Positions 11,150 through 22,001 of a DNA stretch of 64,000 nucleotides are shown here, piece after piece (within the stretch, counting starts at the first letter, position 1; each line of letters opens with the position of its first letter). The stretch is from Bilabrum cf. latius (Eukaryota): assembly GCA_965178125.1 (NCBI GenBank), contig OZ237735.1, forward strand, positions 1,302,001 through 1,366,000. The letters are read 5' to 3'. A program made the translations under genes and the position numbers. The notes under the pieces are model-generated. The model was not told the DNA's origin. It did no database searches and saw nothing but the letters and a program-made list of their open reading frames with translations.

Positions 11150-14100
11150 ATGCTCGGACTACAACAGTCTAATGATGGTAGTGGGATTGATATTGGAATA
11201 GCTGTCTGCTATGCCGCTGCGTTTGCGTCGATCATCCCGCATGTCTGGGGACTATTTGGCGAGGATGGTGTGCTGCCGTATTCAAGATACTTTGGCCAAG
11301 AGTCGACCCATCAAGCCCCATCTGTCGAACTAATTCAAAGGATTCCTTCATTCTTGTGGTTTGCTGGCGATTTGGGCTTGCCGTATGAGGTTATGGCGCA
11401 CGCATTTGCTGTGTTAGGTTTCACACTGTCAGTTGCTGCTGCATTGCAACCATCTTCCTTGCTACTCTTATCGATATGGTTGCTCCACTTAGGCCTTGTA
11501 GTATCTGGACAGACATTTCTATCATTCCAGTGGGATTCGCTTCTGTAGGAAGCCGGTTTCGTTGCCATTTTGCACGCACCTGTTTTGCCGGAGTGGACCT
11601 GGGCCCTTGTTTCGGGCCGTAAACACGCCTTGTCCCGCCCACCACCGGCACGCTGGGCGTTCAGGTTCCTGTTATTTAAGTTGATGCTGCTGAGCGGGTA
11701 TGTCAAGCTGTAGTCTCGGTGTGATACGTGGATGAACCTTACAGCTACAGAGTACCACTTCGCGACGTAGCCACTCCCGACCGCAGCAGCCTGGTTACTG
11801 CACCAGACGCCCCCGGTACTTCACAAAGTTGCGGTAGCGGTCACGATGTGGGCTGAAGGTCCGGGCGCATTCCTGCTGATTGTGCCTCACCACGGGATTG
11901 CCAGGTTCGCAGCATACATGCAGCTGCTTCTGCAAATGATGATTTCGATCAGCGGAAGCTACACATACTTTAATTTGCTAACCATGGTACTTTGTACTGC
12001 TGTGCTGTAGACGAGCGTAGTACCGGGCATTCCTGGCGAGATTGGTGCCTCGGCGAGCGAGCAGCAGGGTGCTGCAGTTCCCAATCACATAGACCAGCGA
12101 AAAGGCAGTGACAGTGGCACAGCGGTTCGCGGCCGTGCCAGCGGTGGCAGCAAACACAGCTCCACTTTGAGGTCGGCCAATCCTGCCGGAGAGGATGTGG
12201 ACAATCAGGCTGAAGAGGACGAAGGCAATGTGGCAAGGCACATTGCTCGTGGCTGCAGGGGTCTCGCAGACACCGCATACAGCGAAGGCTTCTTGCTGGC
12301 AGCCAGGAAACTGTGGGCCTGGTTCGAGGGTAGCATCACCGGAAGTGTCCTGACTGCGCTGGGCATGGTCTGGTTTGTGCAAGCATCGTGCGCATAGATG
12401 TTCAGCCTGTACAGTGTCGTGCCCCCTGGCTCTGAAGGCGGCGAGTCCACCAGTTCTGATCTGCACAGGGCTCAGCTGGTTCCAGTGCACGGTCTGGGTG
12501 GCTTTATTGCAAATTTCATGGATGAAGCAACCCCTCTCTGGCGAAAATTCGATCTGAAGATGCGAATGGGAGTAGAGGAAGCAGACGAGTGGATCCAGCT
12601 GCTGGTGCCGGTCGCTCTGTGGGGCTTCGCTATAGTATGGACGGGGGCGTGCCTTCTGTTCCTTGCAGACCAAGCCAGCTGCAGCATTCTAGGGTGCATG
12701 AGCTGTTGTTACGTGGCCGACAATTGCCAATGCTGTGCTGGAACATCTGGGGGTTGGGCTAGGCCCGATGGGCGATCTCCGGGGAGCGAAAACACGACCG
12801 TAGAGTTGCCGGTTGATACTGCCAAACTGCAGGGAGATCCGAGTGATTCTGGTGTTGATAATACCTCGGAAGCCTAGGCCACGGCGCAGCTCCGTCGGCG
12901 CGGTCCTGCTCGGGCACAAACTGGTGCTGCATCAGATACGCCCGCTGGTGGCCCAGCCTGGGAGCAGCCACAAGACAATGGATCGTCAGATACAGATGCT
13001 ACCCGCGAAATCGGGAACCTACCCTAGGTAGAGCAGCGGCATGTTTGCAGTGCCACTGCTAGTTTAGCGCTGTATGGCGTGGGTGCTTCTATCTGGAGAT
13101 TGGTGGCGTCGCTTCTGATGCTGTCGCACGCTGTCTTCATCTGCTGCTGCCTTGCCCTGTGGCTCTGCTGCTCTGCTTGGCCGCTGCTGCACTCTCTTGG
13201 GCTCGCACAGCAGCAGCTACAGAATGGCGCACCGCCATTCGTGCACAGTGTAGCATCCAAACTTGGCAACTGGCGCGTCGCAAGCTACTACGGTCTGTTT
13301 CGGTCCATGACGGGGGTTGGCCAGTCGGCCGTGGACGACTGGGGGTTGCCGGTTTCGGTCCCCGCTCGCCCCGAGCTCATTGTTGAAGGCTCGCGATTGC
13401 CTGCTGGGGTTACAGAGGGTAGCATATCTGCTGATGATCTCCACTGGGAGGAGCTGCCCTTCAGGCACAAGCCTGGGGACCTGGCAGGCGAGCCAACGTC
13501 AGTCGTGCCGTTCTAGCCTAGGTTCGATTGGCAGATGTGGTTTGCAGCCCTTGGCTAGCACTAGCACGCTCCATGGCTGTTGTCTGCCGTGGATAAGGTA
13601 CTGGATGGCAGTCCGGACGTGATCGAGCTGTTCGATGCCGATAAGTGGCCTTTCGTCCCTGAGTCCGGCGGCAACGCCAGCAGCGCAAGTGCTGGTCGCC
13701 CAGCGCGGGACGAGGACATCGTCACGCTGTATGGAGGAAAGGAGGTGCTGCGTCCAGACGCCATCAGGATTCAAAAGTACTTGTATGATTTCACCAGGCT
13801 AGACACCCCTTGGGCCAGACGATTGCCTATTGAACGGAGAGCCGAGGCAGTGCTGCCTTGGGGATCCTTCGCGGCCGGAAACAGGAGCGTAGGCACAAAA
13901 GGGGCAATACAAAGGCACTTGCTTCTTCTCGCCGGCCACTTGCTTGGCTCTGAAGCTGCCAGCACCGCCCTGAGTGCAGATGGACCGGCCAAAGAGGGCT
14001 ACGAGCAAGACCAGTCGTTGCAAGGAGGTCACGCAGGACCACGCCCCCAGGCCGGGACGGACCTGCCCTGGTACTACAGAGAGCGGGAGGGGGGAGACTG

Positions 14101-14815
14101 GCTGTTCCCTGTTGTGAAGGGGCAGATATCGCCGAGTCTTCAGAGGCACGGGTGGTCCTCCGTGTCGCAGCGAGAAAGGCGGCGCATCCGCGCTGCAAGG
14201 AAGCAGTGCCTCTTCAGCGGTGGTAGCTTGGACGTGGGGTCTGTGCCTGACGGCGCCCTGGTGGGCCTTAGGCTACGAATGCAGCGGAAGACTCGTGGTC
14301 ATGGAATCAAAGAGCCTGCAAGCCTTTCTGTTGAGTTGCTAGCCGCGTGGGATGCCTTGCTCTAGTCAGTCCGAGAGCTGTGCTCTGCCGCGACAGAGGC
14401 GCTTCCTTCGTTCATCCTGTGGGGCGCCTAGCCACCCGAGAGGGTCCTGCAGCTAGTGGGTCTGAATCGCACGGGGAGTGCCCCGCCAAGCGGTCGGTTT
14501 CTAGGAGCCTTGTTCCAAGTGCTGGACGATGCCGGGGGCTTGGCGGGGACAGCTGCTATCGGTAGTCTGGGCAGTAGCAGCGGCATGCGGTTCCTCAGGC
14601 AGCTGGGCAGTCTCAGCTGTGAGGTGTCCAGGCATGCCTCGGAATTGATGGATAGACACAAAGATTCAGGGGGGTTTCCATCAGGCTTGTGGGCGGGTTG
14701 CATCGCGGCTGCGATTGGGGTCCGGCTACTGATGCTGTGGGTATGGAGCTTCGCCCGGTGCGGGGGCGGCAGCGTGTAGAAGCGCCACTAGGAGCTGAAA
14801 TCGAAGGTAGACTGA
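11150..14815 (+). CDS. LMF2: Lipase maturation factor family ER membrane protein (LMF2-like), ~1221 aa, about 14 in-frame TAG
   Basis: Motifs GQTFLSFQWDSLL*EAGF, FKLMLLSGYVKL*SRC, YHFAT*PLPT, YGLFRSMTG, RPELIVEGS, F*PRFDWQMWFAALG (* = TAG). Ends KSKVD-TGA, a KxKxx ER-retrieval-type signal. Start ATG 11150 is the most plausible. Confidence 0.92.
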
Positions 14816-14970
14816 TACGAATGCGCATTTTGATTAAGCTTGCGTCGCCTGGCCTCTGGCCCAAGCCGCTCAGCCCTAGGCTGGGTGCGCTGAAGTAGCG
14901 TGTGAAACCACCAAATACAACTAGAGACTCGGAATTCTGTCGGCCTCGAATCAGTCACACGAGCATTACC

Positions 14971-17058
14971 ATGGACACACTCGCCCAGTATGGCTCCGAC
15001 TCCGACGACAGTGATGTAGGTAAAGCATCTGGCGCAGCCAATGCGCAGCGGGGTGGCGAATCAAGTGGACCACCGCGCAGTACCGAGCTGCTTGCAGTCG
15101 CCATCGACAGCACCCCAGCTTTGGCCCAGTCAGCGTCAAGCTCGTCTGCGACGCGTCGTGCTGGAATGTCACATACGATACCATCGAGTGTCGCCGCAGT
15201 CGCAGCCTCCGGGGGCTAGGTCGTTGGATCTGGCAGAGTGCAGGTGAGCTAATCGAAACTGCACCTGTTCCTGTCTAACCCCACAGATAACGTGTGTGTC
15301 GTCTTATCGTTGAAATTGGGTTTACTTTCATTATTGCAGGAAGCTCATATCGATGCCTGGGACTTCAAGAGATAGTTCAACATGTTTTAGGGCCACGGCG
15401 TGGCCTTGGCCCCTGGCAGCGAGACTGGAGGAACGCTGGTCACGGAAAAACTTGGAATGGACAGAAAATTTAAAGGTCTGCCAAAAGATGATGGCGATGA
15501 TTCCGAGCAAGTGACAGAGGCGGAGCGGCAGGCTGAGAGAGAGGCCGAGCAGGCTGCAGACCGAGCAGCGGCGGCACAGCAGCTATAGTCAATGGAAACG
15601 GCAGCAGAGGTAGTATAGGGCGGCAAGCGATCACGCAGGCAGATGCGCGAAGCAATGCGGGAGCGCCGAGCCGTGCTGGGCAAGTATTTGCGGGACCAGT
15701 CCCGGACGGTGACGGCTGTGGAGGCTGGCACGCTCACCCCGCTGCAGCGCCGCTCCAGGATCGAGATGGGCCTGCCCATGGAGGAGCTCCACGAGAGTGA
15801 GCGCGGGATCGGGACATCCACTGCACCCGCAGCAGGGGCTGGAGCCGGCGCGGCGGCAGACGGGACCGAGGGACCCGGCCGCAAGCGACGAAGGGTTGAG
15901 GGCGCAGGGGGGGGCAAGACGCTCGAGCAGTGCGAGTTCGTGCTGCACGCCAAGGAGGCCACGGACTACCAGGGCCGGGCATGGACGGCGCCCCCCTCCG
16001 GACTGCGAGTGCCCGACGAGCCTCCGAAGGGTGGCGCCCCTCGGCGCCTGCTGCACCGCTACACTGGTCACAGCAAGGGGGTCAACTGGGTGGAGTTCCT
16101 GCCGGGGACAGGGCATCTCCTCCTCACTGCGGGACTGGAGGGCAACTGCAAGATCTGGTCCACCACTGGGGAAAGAAAAGTGCTCGCTACTTACAAGGGG
16201 CACACGGCCGGGACTCGGCAGGCGCGCTTCGCCCCCGACGGCGAGTCGTTCTACAGTGCGAGCTACGATGGCTACGTCAAGGTCTGGGACGTCACCACCG
16301 GGAAGGCAATCGCTTCGCTGGGCGACGGAAGCAGCACCCCTGTGTGCGCCACGCCGTATCCCCAAGACGGCCGGGTCGTGCTGGTGGGCATGCACGACAA
16401 GCGCATCCTCCAGTACGACTCGCGGGCCCCCAGCGAGCCCGTGCAGGTGTACGACTACCACCTCTCCTCCGTGAACTCTATCACGTTTTGCGATGAGAAC
16501 AGGCGCTTCGTGAGCACGAGCGACGATAAGAAGATCCTCGCGTGGGACTACGACGTGCCCGTGCCCATCAAGTACATCTCGGACCCGACCATGCAGGCCA
16601 TCCCATCGGCTGCCCTGCATCCCTCGGGAGAGTTCGTGGTGGGCCAGTCGATGGACAACACCATCGTCTGCTACGCGGTGATGGGCTTCAGGCTTAACCG
16701 GAAGAAGGTGTACCGGGGCCACATCAGCGCCGGCTTCGCGTGCCAGCCCTGTTTCAGCCCGGCCGGGGACTTGATTGCATCGGGGGACAGCAAGGGGCGG
16801 CTGTTCGTGTGGGACTGGAAGAGGAGGAGAATCGTCACGACGATTCAGGCGCACGAGAGGCAGCCTTGCATCGGCGCGGCTTGGCACCCAGCAGACGGCA
16901 ATATAATGGCTACGAGTGGGTGGGATGGAGAAGCTCGCCTGTGGGGCGTGGACGGCGGGAGGCCAGCTAAGCGAGCGGAGCGGGATGATGACCAACGGGG
17001 GGCTGCGAAAGGTGGGGCAGGGAGTAGCGCTGCTGCAATGGGTGGCGCAGAGTCTTGA
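14971..17058 (+). CDS. CDC40: Pre-mRNA splicing factor CDC40/PRP17 (WD40), ~663 aa, 2 exons (14971-15243, 15340-17058)
   Basis: N-terminus MDTLAQYGSDSD, then EAHID..F.R*F..F*.HG.A, DYQGRAW, PVQVYDYHLSSVNSITF.DENRRFVSTSDDK, VPIKYISDPTM, GQSMDN, GHISAGFACQPCFSP. Five TAG codons, all before 15643. Ends in TGA. Confidence 0.93.
15244..15339 (+). other. Spliceosomal intron (96 nt, GTGAGC...TTGCAG)
   Basis: Canonical ends, AT-richer, contains an in-frame TAA; removal joins GRVQ|EAHID. Confidence 0.85.
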
Positions 17059-17150
17059 AAAGGTATCCAACTGGAAGTTGATTCTACTTCTGAACTGCGT
17101 GAGCCACACGACCAAACACTTGACTGCATTCTCAATCATCTTGGTATCGT

Positions 17151-17435
17151 TCACATCGCCGTGAAGTAAATGATCAGAGCCACAACCACCACGCCAACTA
17201 CTGCTGCTGCGATGACCACAGGAGTGTTATCTGCGGCTGGTTTGTTCGCAAAGCCTGCGATACATCAGATACGAAGCTAGTAGCAACTAGAGTGCGTTGG
17301 CCGAAATCAAGGCATGCGACGGAAGATTCCGCAGCAGAATCTGCAGGTATCACCTTTTCTATTCGACTGGATGTCATTGGCTCGCCTAAGCTCTGAAGCA
17401 GACATTGAATCGGTCGGAACGTTGCGCTGCCTCAT
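17151..17435 (-). CDS. Small tail-anchored membrane protein, 61 aa, 2 exons (17435-17354, 17254-17151)
   Basis: Spliced product MRQRNVPTDSMSASELRRANDIQSNRKG FANKPAADNTPVVIAAAVVGVVVVALIIYFTAM-TGA. The 99-nt GT..AG intron 17255-17353 contains an in-frame TGA. A single strong C-terminal TM helix. Confidence 0.65.
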
Positions 17436-17636
17436 TCCACCTTGGTCTGCGCTGGCCGGACTTGGATAGGTAGACAACTTTTGGTATGCAGTGCCCAGAC
17501 AATATGAATTCCATCACTTAACGGACATCTTACCTATTTTATGCTCGCGTAAAGTTGATGAGAGGCATCTTTTTCGTGGTATCAGCAACGATCGTCACAT
17601 GAGCAGAACCTTGTCTGCGCCGATCCCGCCACGTGT

Positions 17637-19233
17637 ATGAAATATATTGGAATGAGAAGGCTCGCCGTATCATTATCGAAGTTGCCCCGTTCGTCTGAGT
17701 CTGCAATTGGAGTTGTTAAGGCAGCAATCAACCTAGGATGCGATGTTTTGTTGCAGCCCTCCCACTGTAAGTCTCCTCTTGCATAGCACGCAAGCAAAGC
17801 ATTTTCGTAGCGTTGGATCGCCACCCTGTTTGCTCTTTGTATTCTCAATTGCGGCGGCAGGTGACGGACATGCTGCTAGGATATTGGGGGATTCAATTCG
17901 CCAGGCTGGCGGGATGCAGCCAGGCAGGTCAGTGTTCGTGTCCATCGGCGTCGTGGAGGGCGACAGAAAAGCTGAGCTCATCGCCAGATACGGCAAGAAT
18001 GCATCCAAAGGATTAAGCCTCCCCGCAGTGGCTTCCATCGATGAGCACAGCGCGAACTGCATGGAACCAGATTGCCTGGAGGAGGAGCTAACGTCAGCAC
18101 GATCGGCTCTGCCAGACGACTGCCCGGTCGTTGCGCTCCTGCAGAATCCAGAGGATCACTCCGTGGCACATTTGAACAGCTTCTCCGCTACCCAGCGACA
18201 GCAACTGGAGGCCGATGGCTAGAAGGTGTCACCGGGCGGCGTGCTGCTTCCCACCGCTGGAGCAGCTGCCAGCGCCTCGGCTGGTGTGCCTGGGCAGGCC
18301 GAGGCGCAGAAACCATCGCTCGTTGAAACCATCCGGGCTGAAGCGTACCGCATCCAGCCGGAGTTGCAAGACAAGGTGCGCGTGGCATTCGGCGCACTCG
18401 AGAGCCTTCGCCTGGCAGGCTCCTGCTCCGGGTACGGCGTGCTGTCGGAGGGGTTTGGCGACCCCGAAGCAATGTCGGGGTTCTCGCACGAGAGTCTCTT
18501 CGGCCTGGCCAAGCAAGCGGCGGTGGATGCAGGCGGGGCAGCGGAGTCTGGCCTTCATGCTCTCGCCATGCCGGGCAACCCAGTGGAGCGTGCGGCGCTC
18601 CGGTCCGCTGGAGCAGATGCTCTGAGCCGCGGGCTGTCCGTGCTCGTCACACGGCCGCACGCAGGCAGGGATAGGTCCGGAGCCCCTGTCCCCTTGCTGC
18701 CTGCCCCTGACGCCAGCGACTACGGTGCGGTGCTCGCGCAGACCATGGAGCACTTCACGGCGCCCAGCAAGGAAGAGGCTCATGCCGCTGGTCTGACGGA
18801 CGAGGAGCTGGCCGAGGTGGACCAGGCCTGCCAGTGGATCAGGGGCTACTTCGAGAGTATGGAGGGACAGCGGAAGAACTACACGTCCCCGTCGCACTTC
18901 GAGTACGACTTAGCTACGTAGGTGGCGCCCACCCTGCGGGATAAGGTGCACAGCATGGACGACGAGAGCGCGGCTGCCATCGCCCGCTTCATCGAGGCGT
19001 ACGGCAGGCGGGTCGCGGCCGACTCGGAAGACCGCGTTCGGGGATATTTCGAAGAAAAAAAGAACAGCGAGAGCGTGGCTGCGATCCGACCGGGAGAGGC
19101 CCTCGACCTCTACAGCCTTCGATGGCTGCAAGAGTTCGGGGCGTAGCAGTCGGGACGGCAGGACCGCCAGGATGCAGCTGTACCCGTGGTGGAGCCCATG
19201 GCAATTGAGGACATTGAAAGGTGGGTCAATTGA
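17637..19233 (+). CDS. Degenerate aldo-keto reductase-fold protein, ~500 aa, 2 exons (17637-17766, 17861-19233); start uncertain
   Basis: AKR-like blocks in the expected order: VVKAAINLGCDVL..DGHAARILG, RSVFVS.G, CMEPDCLEEELTSARSAL..VALLQNPE, AFGALESLRLAG...YGV, AMPGNPVE, GLSVLVTRP. Intron 17767-17860 GTAAGT..GCAG. TAG at 18220, 18919 and 19144; ends in TGA 19231-19233. Confidence 0.7.
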
Positions 19234-19413
19234 GCTGCGACAAACAGCTGCCCATTCGGTTGGGAATGATCACTCGCTCTCAATACGGTACATGCAGTTT
19301 CGTATGCAGCAGCAGTTTCGTATGCAGCAGTAGTGCTTCGCAGCTCTCGTCAATGCTTCCATGGACGGTTTGCGACGTTGGATGTCGTATGTCAGCACCG
19401 AAGGAGTGCTCAG

Positions 19414-21825
19414 TCAGTCGTTGCCTTCTGCTTTTGCCATCTCTTTCCCAAGTGCTGCCTGTGCAGCTCCGCTCGTTGTCGGTGCTGCAGGCTGTGCCCC
19501 TGCAAGAGTTGGCACTGCAGGCAATACTGCTTGGATGTTGGCTGGGTGCGTGAGCGTGCCGGTAGGGGCAAGCACGGGCCCAACGCCGCTGGCGGCATGC
19601 ATGTTGCCTCCAGGAACTGGCATGAAGCCAGGCGCGCGACCCATTGCAGCCAAACCCATCGGTGCGGGCACCGCGGAATAACTCTGAGGGGGAACTGGCC
19701 CGAGGATGCTCATCGGACTCGACATCATCACCTGGGTATTGCCGCCGATGAAGGGCGCAGGAAATCCTTGCAGCTGCCCGCCCGGTCCTGCGAACGGATG
19801 CATGCCTCCCTGGAGGAGCGGGGCGACCTGAGCAGCATGCATTTGGGGGGCCATCCCGCCATGGTACTGCTGCTGGGTAGCGGCTGCAGCGGGGGCATGC
19901 CTCCCTGCAGGAAACCTCGGTCCGGAGCCTGTCCGTCTCACTGCGTGTCCGCCAGCAGCTGCGCTGCCGCCCCGATCTTTGGCCGCCTTGATATCCTTGA
20001 TTGGCATGCCGGCGATGATCCGTGGCGATGTTCGAATGCAGCGCTCAACCTCCTCGGCTGTCCGCATGGTGACGAAGCAGAAGTCCCTGCGGAATTGGGT
20101 GCGGTAACTGCCGCCCTTCGTCTGCAGATGGCCCGTCTCGGATCGATAGTATACGGGTCTGTACACGTCCTGTACCTCCCCAAATTGGGAAAAGTGCATC
20201 TCGATAGTTTCATCTTCGATTGCGGTAGGCACGCCGCTCACGTACAGGCGGTGCTGCCCGCTAATGCCTCGCTACCGCGGCGGCCTAGGCTGTCCCTGCG
20301 CAACTGCGTGGAGCAAACCCTCTGGCTGCGCCCCATGAGCATGGTATTCCTGAGGCATCCAAGCCATGGGAGCGCCCTAGGCCTGCCCGGCTCCTTGAAT
20401 TGTCGGCTGCATGGGCATGCTCGCTGCCACCTGAGGCTGCGGGCCGCTGCTAGCTGCATCCCGTGCGTGTGCCATGCCCTCGGCCTGCGTCGCAACCTGT
20501 AGCACGCCTGCTGATAGTGTGGCTGCCGTTGCTTTCGTCCGTCCAGGTGCGCTCGCTGCTGTCTGTTCCACGGCGGCTGGTCCCTCGGGCGAAGATTCAG
20601 GCATCCTGACACCCGGTCGCCTGCTCAAATGTGATGGGGGGCGCGTTGATGCCGCCGTCCTAGCAAATTGTGGACCTGTTGTCATGCTTTGCTTGGACTT
20701 TATAGCTGAGCCGCGTATTGTGTTTCCGAGCGGCTGTAGTTTCTGCATGTGCAGACTTGGAGACCGGCCGGCCGAGCCTCGATACACGTGCTCAGTGTCG
20801 CTGAACCTCCGAAACCCCGCGTCATGGATCCGCAGCTATCGCTTGGCATCGTCAGATGGGAGCGCAGCCATTGACTACGACTACTGAGCGGACCTAAGCT
20901 CACGGAGCATGGGTGGCCGGGCGGGCCACTCTGCCTCGGGGCGGCGGTGGAAATTGCCTTCGCTAGTTGGCATGCTTCCCGAAGTCGACTCTCCCTAGGG
21001 AACGCTTCTCGTCTCTGCAGCTGCACTTGATGAGTCTGAGCCACTTGGCACTGCTGTGCTAGGTGGGGGGCTGGACGTACCTCTGCGAGATCGGCTCGAG
21101 ATGAGACCATGCTTTTGAGCTCCAAACAGCATCGATCTGTCTTGCTCGTTCATTTCTGAGCCTGTACTCCATGCTAGTGGTCCATCGTGAGGGCCGGCCG
21201 TCAAGCTATCGGCCAGGCCTCCCTAGCCCTGGCTCTTCGGTGCAAGGATGGGATCTGCCTCTGAGGATCTCTCCGCCACGTCTCGGCTTGAACTGCTCGA
21301 TGACGTACCACCGAACAACGAAGACAAAAACCGAAAACCTCTCGGTACTGGAGGTGCTGATCTGGTTGTAAGGCGATCTGAGGAGTCCTCCGATGGTACA
21401 GTTGCTGCTGGGACACTGTAGGATGACTTGTGAGGCATAAGTTCCGGTGAAACACGCTGCTTGCTGCGTACACCACTACTCTCGCTATCTGCCGAATGGG
21501 ACATGTGCTCAGAAATGTGCTATACCGCTGAGCTTGCAGTGGGTCCGCCTGAGGTAACTATCTCCACGATACACAGGACAAGATCCCTGTCCACTTCGAA
21601 TGCGCTGCCATCGAGCCTTTGGCACTCTTCAACCACATTTTCCCCCACTAAGATTACATCAATTGGCCCATCTCTCCCGGCTGCCGCCCACTGCCTTGTG
21701 TCGACGTGCAGGACTCGCCCACTACCTCGTGTAAGAGTTGACTGAAGGAATTTTCTGGCTAATGCATCGACCTCCCGCTCTGCAATCGGAGGGAATCCAA
21801 GGATTCTAATCTTACAAGATTGCAT
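19414..21825 (-). CDS. RRM-domain RNA-binding protein with low-complexity linkers, ~803 aa (alternative in-frame ATG at 21867)
   Basis: ORFs 19414, 20377, 20995, 21223 and 21520 are in one frame joined by TAG. RRM: RLYVSGVP (RNP2), HFSQFGEVQDVY, RDFCFVTM (RNP1). Gln/Pro/Gly/Met-rich tail. Ends in TGA. Confidence 0.8.
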
Positions 21826-22001
21826 CTATCGTATTTCGACTCTCCCATGCCCGCTTACTTGTGCCATTCCACGTTTACTGTGCCTGCTTCATCCAGTCGG
21901 TAGTGCTCGCACCGCTGATAGTATGCTCGCAACAAAATGGATTAAATCAGATCACGACTGCCATACACGAGCAACACTTTCGAGGTGGTATCAAGCAAGA
22001 A

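Noticed and set aside
15244-15286. Shorter CDC40 intron using the CTAAC...CCACAG acceptor at 15286
   Set aside because: It leads to an in-frame TGA, whereas the 15339 acceptor restores conserved sequence.
19294-19329. 18-bp direct tandem duplication (GCAGTTTCGTATGCAGCA x2); also a 13-bp duplication at 42856-42881
   Set aside because: Two adjacent copies without spacers in non-coding DNA; simple slippage, not CRISPR or a mobile-element signature.
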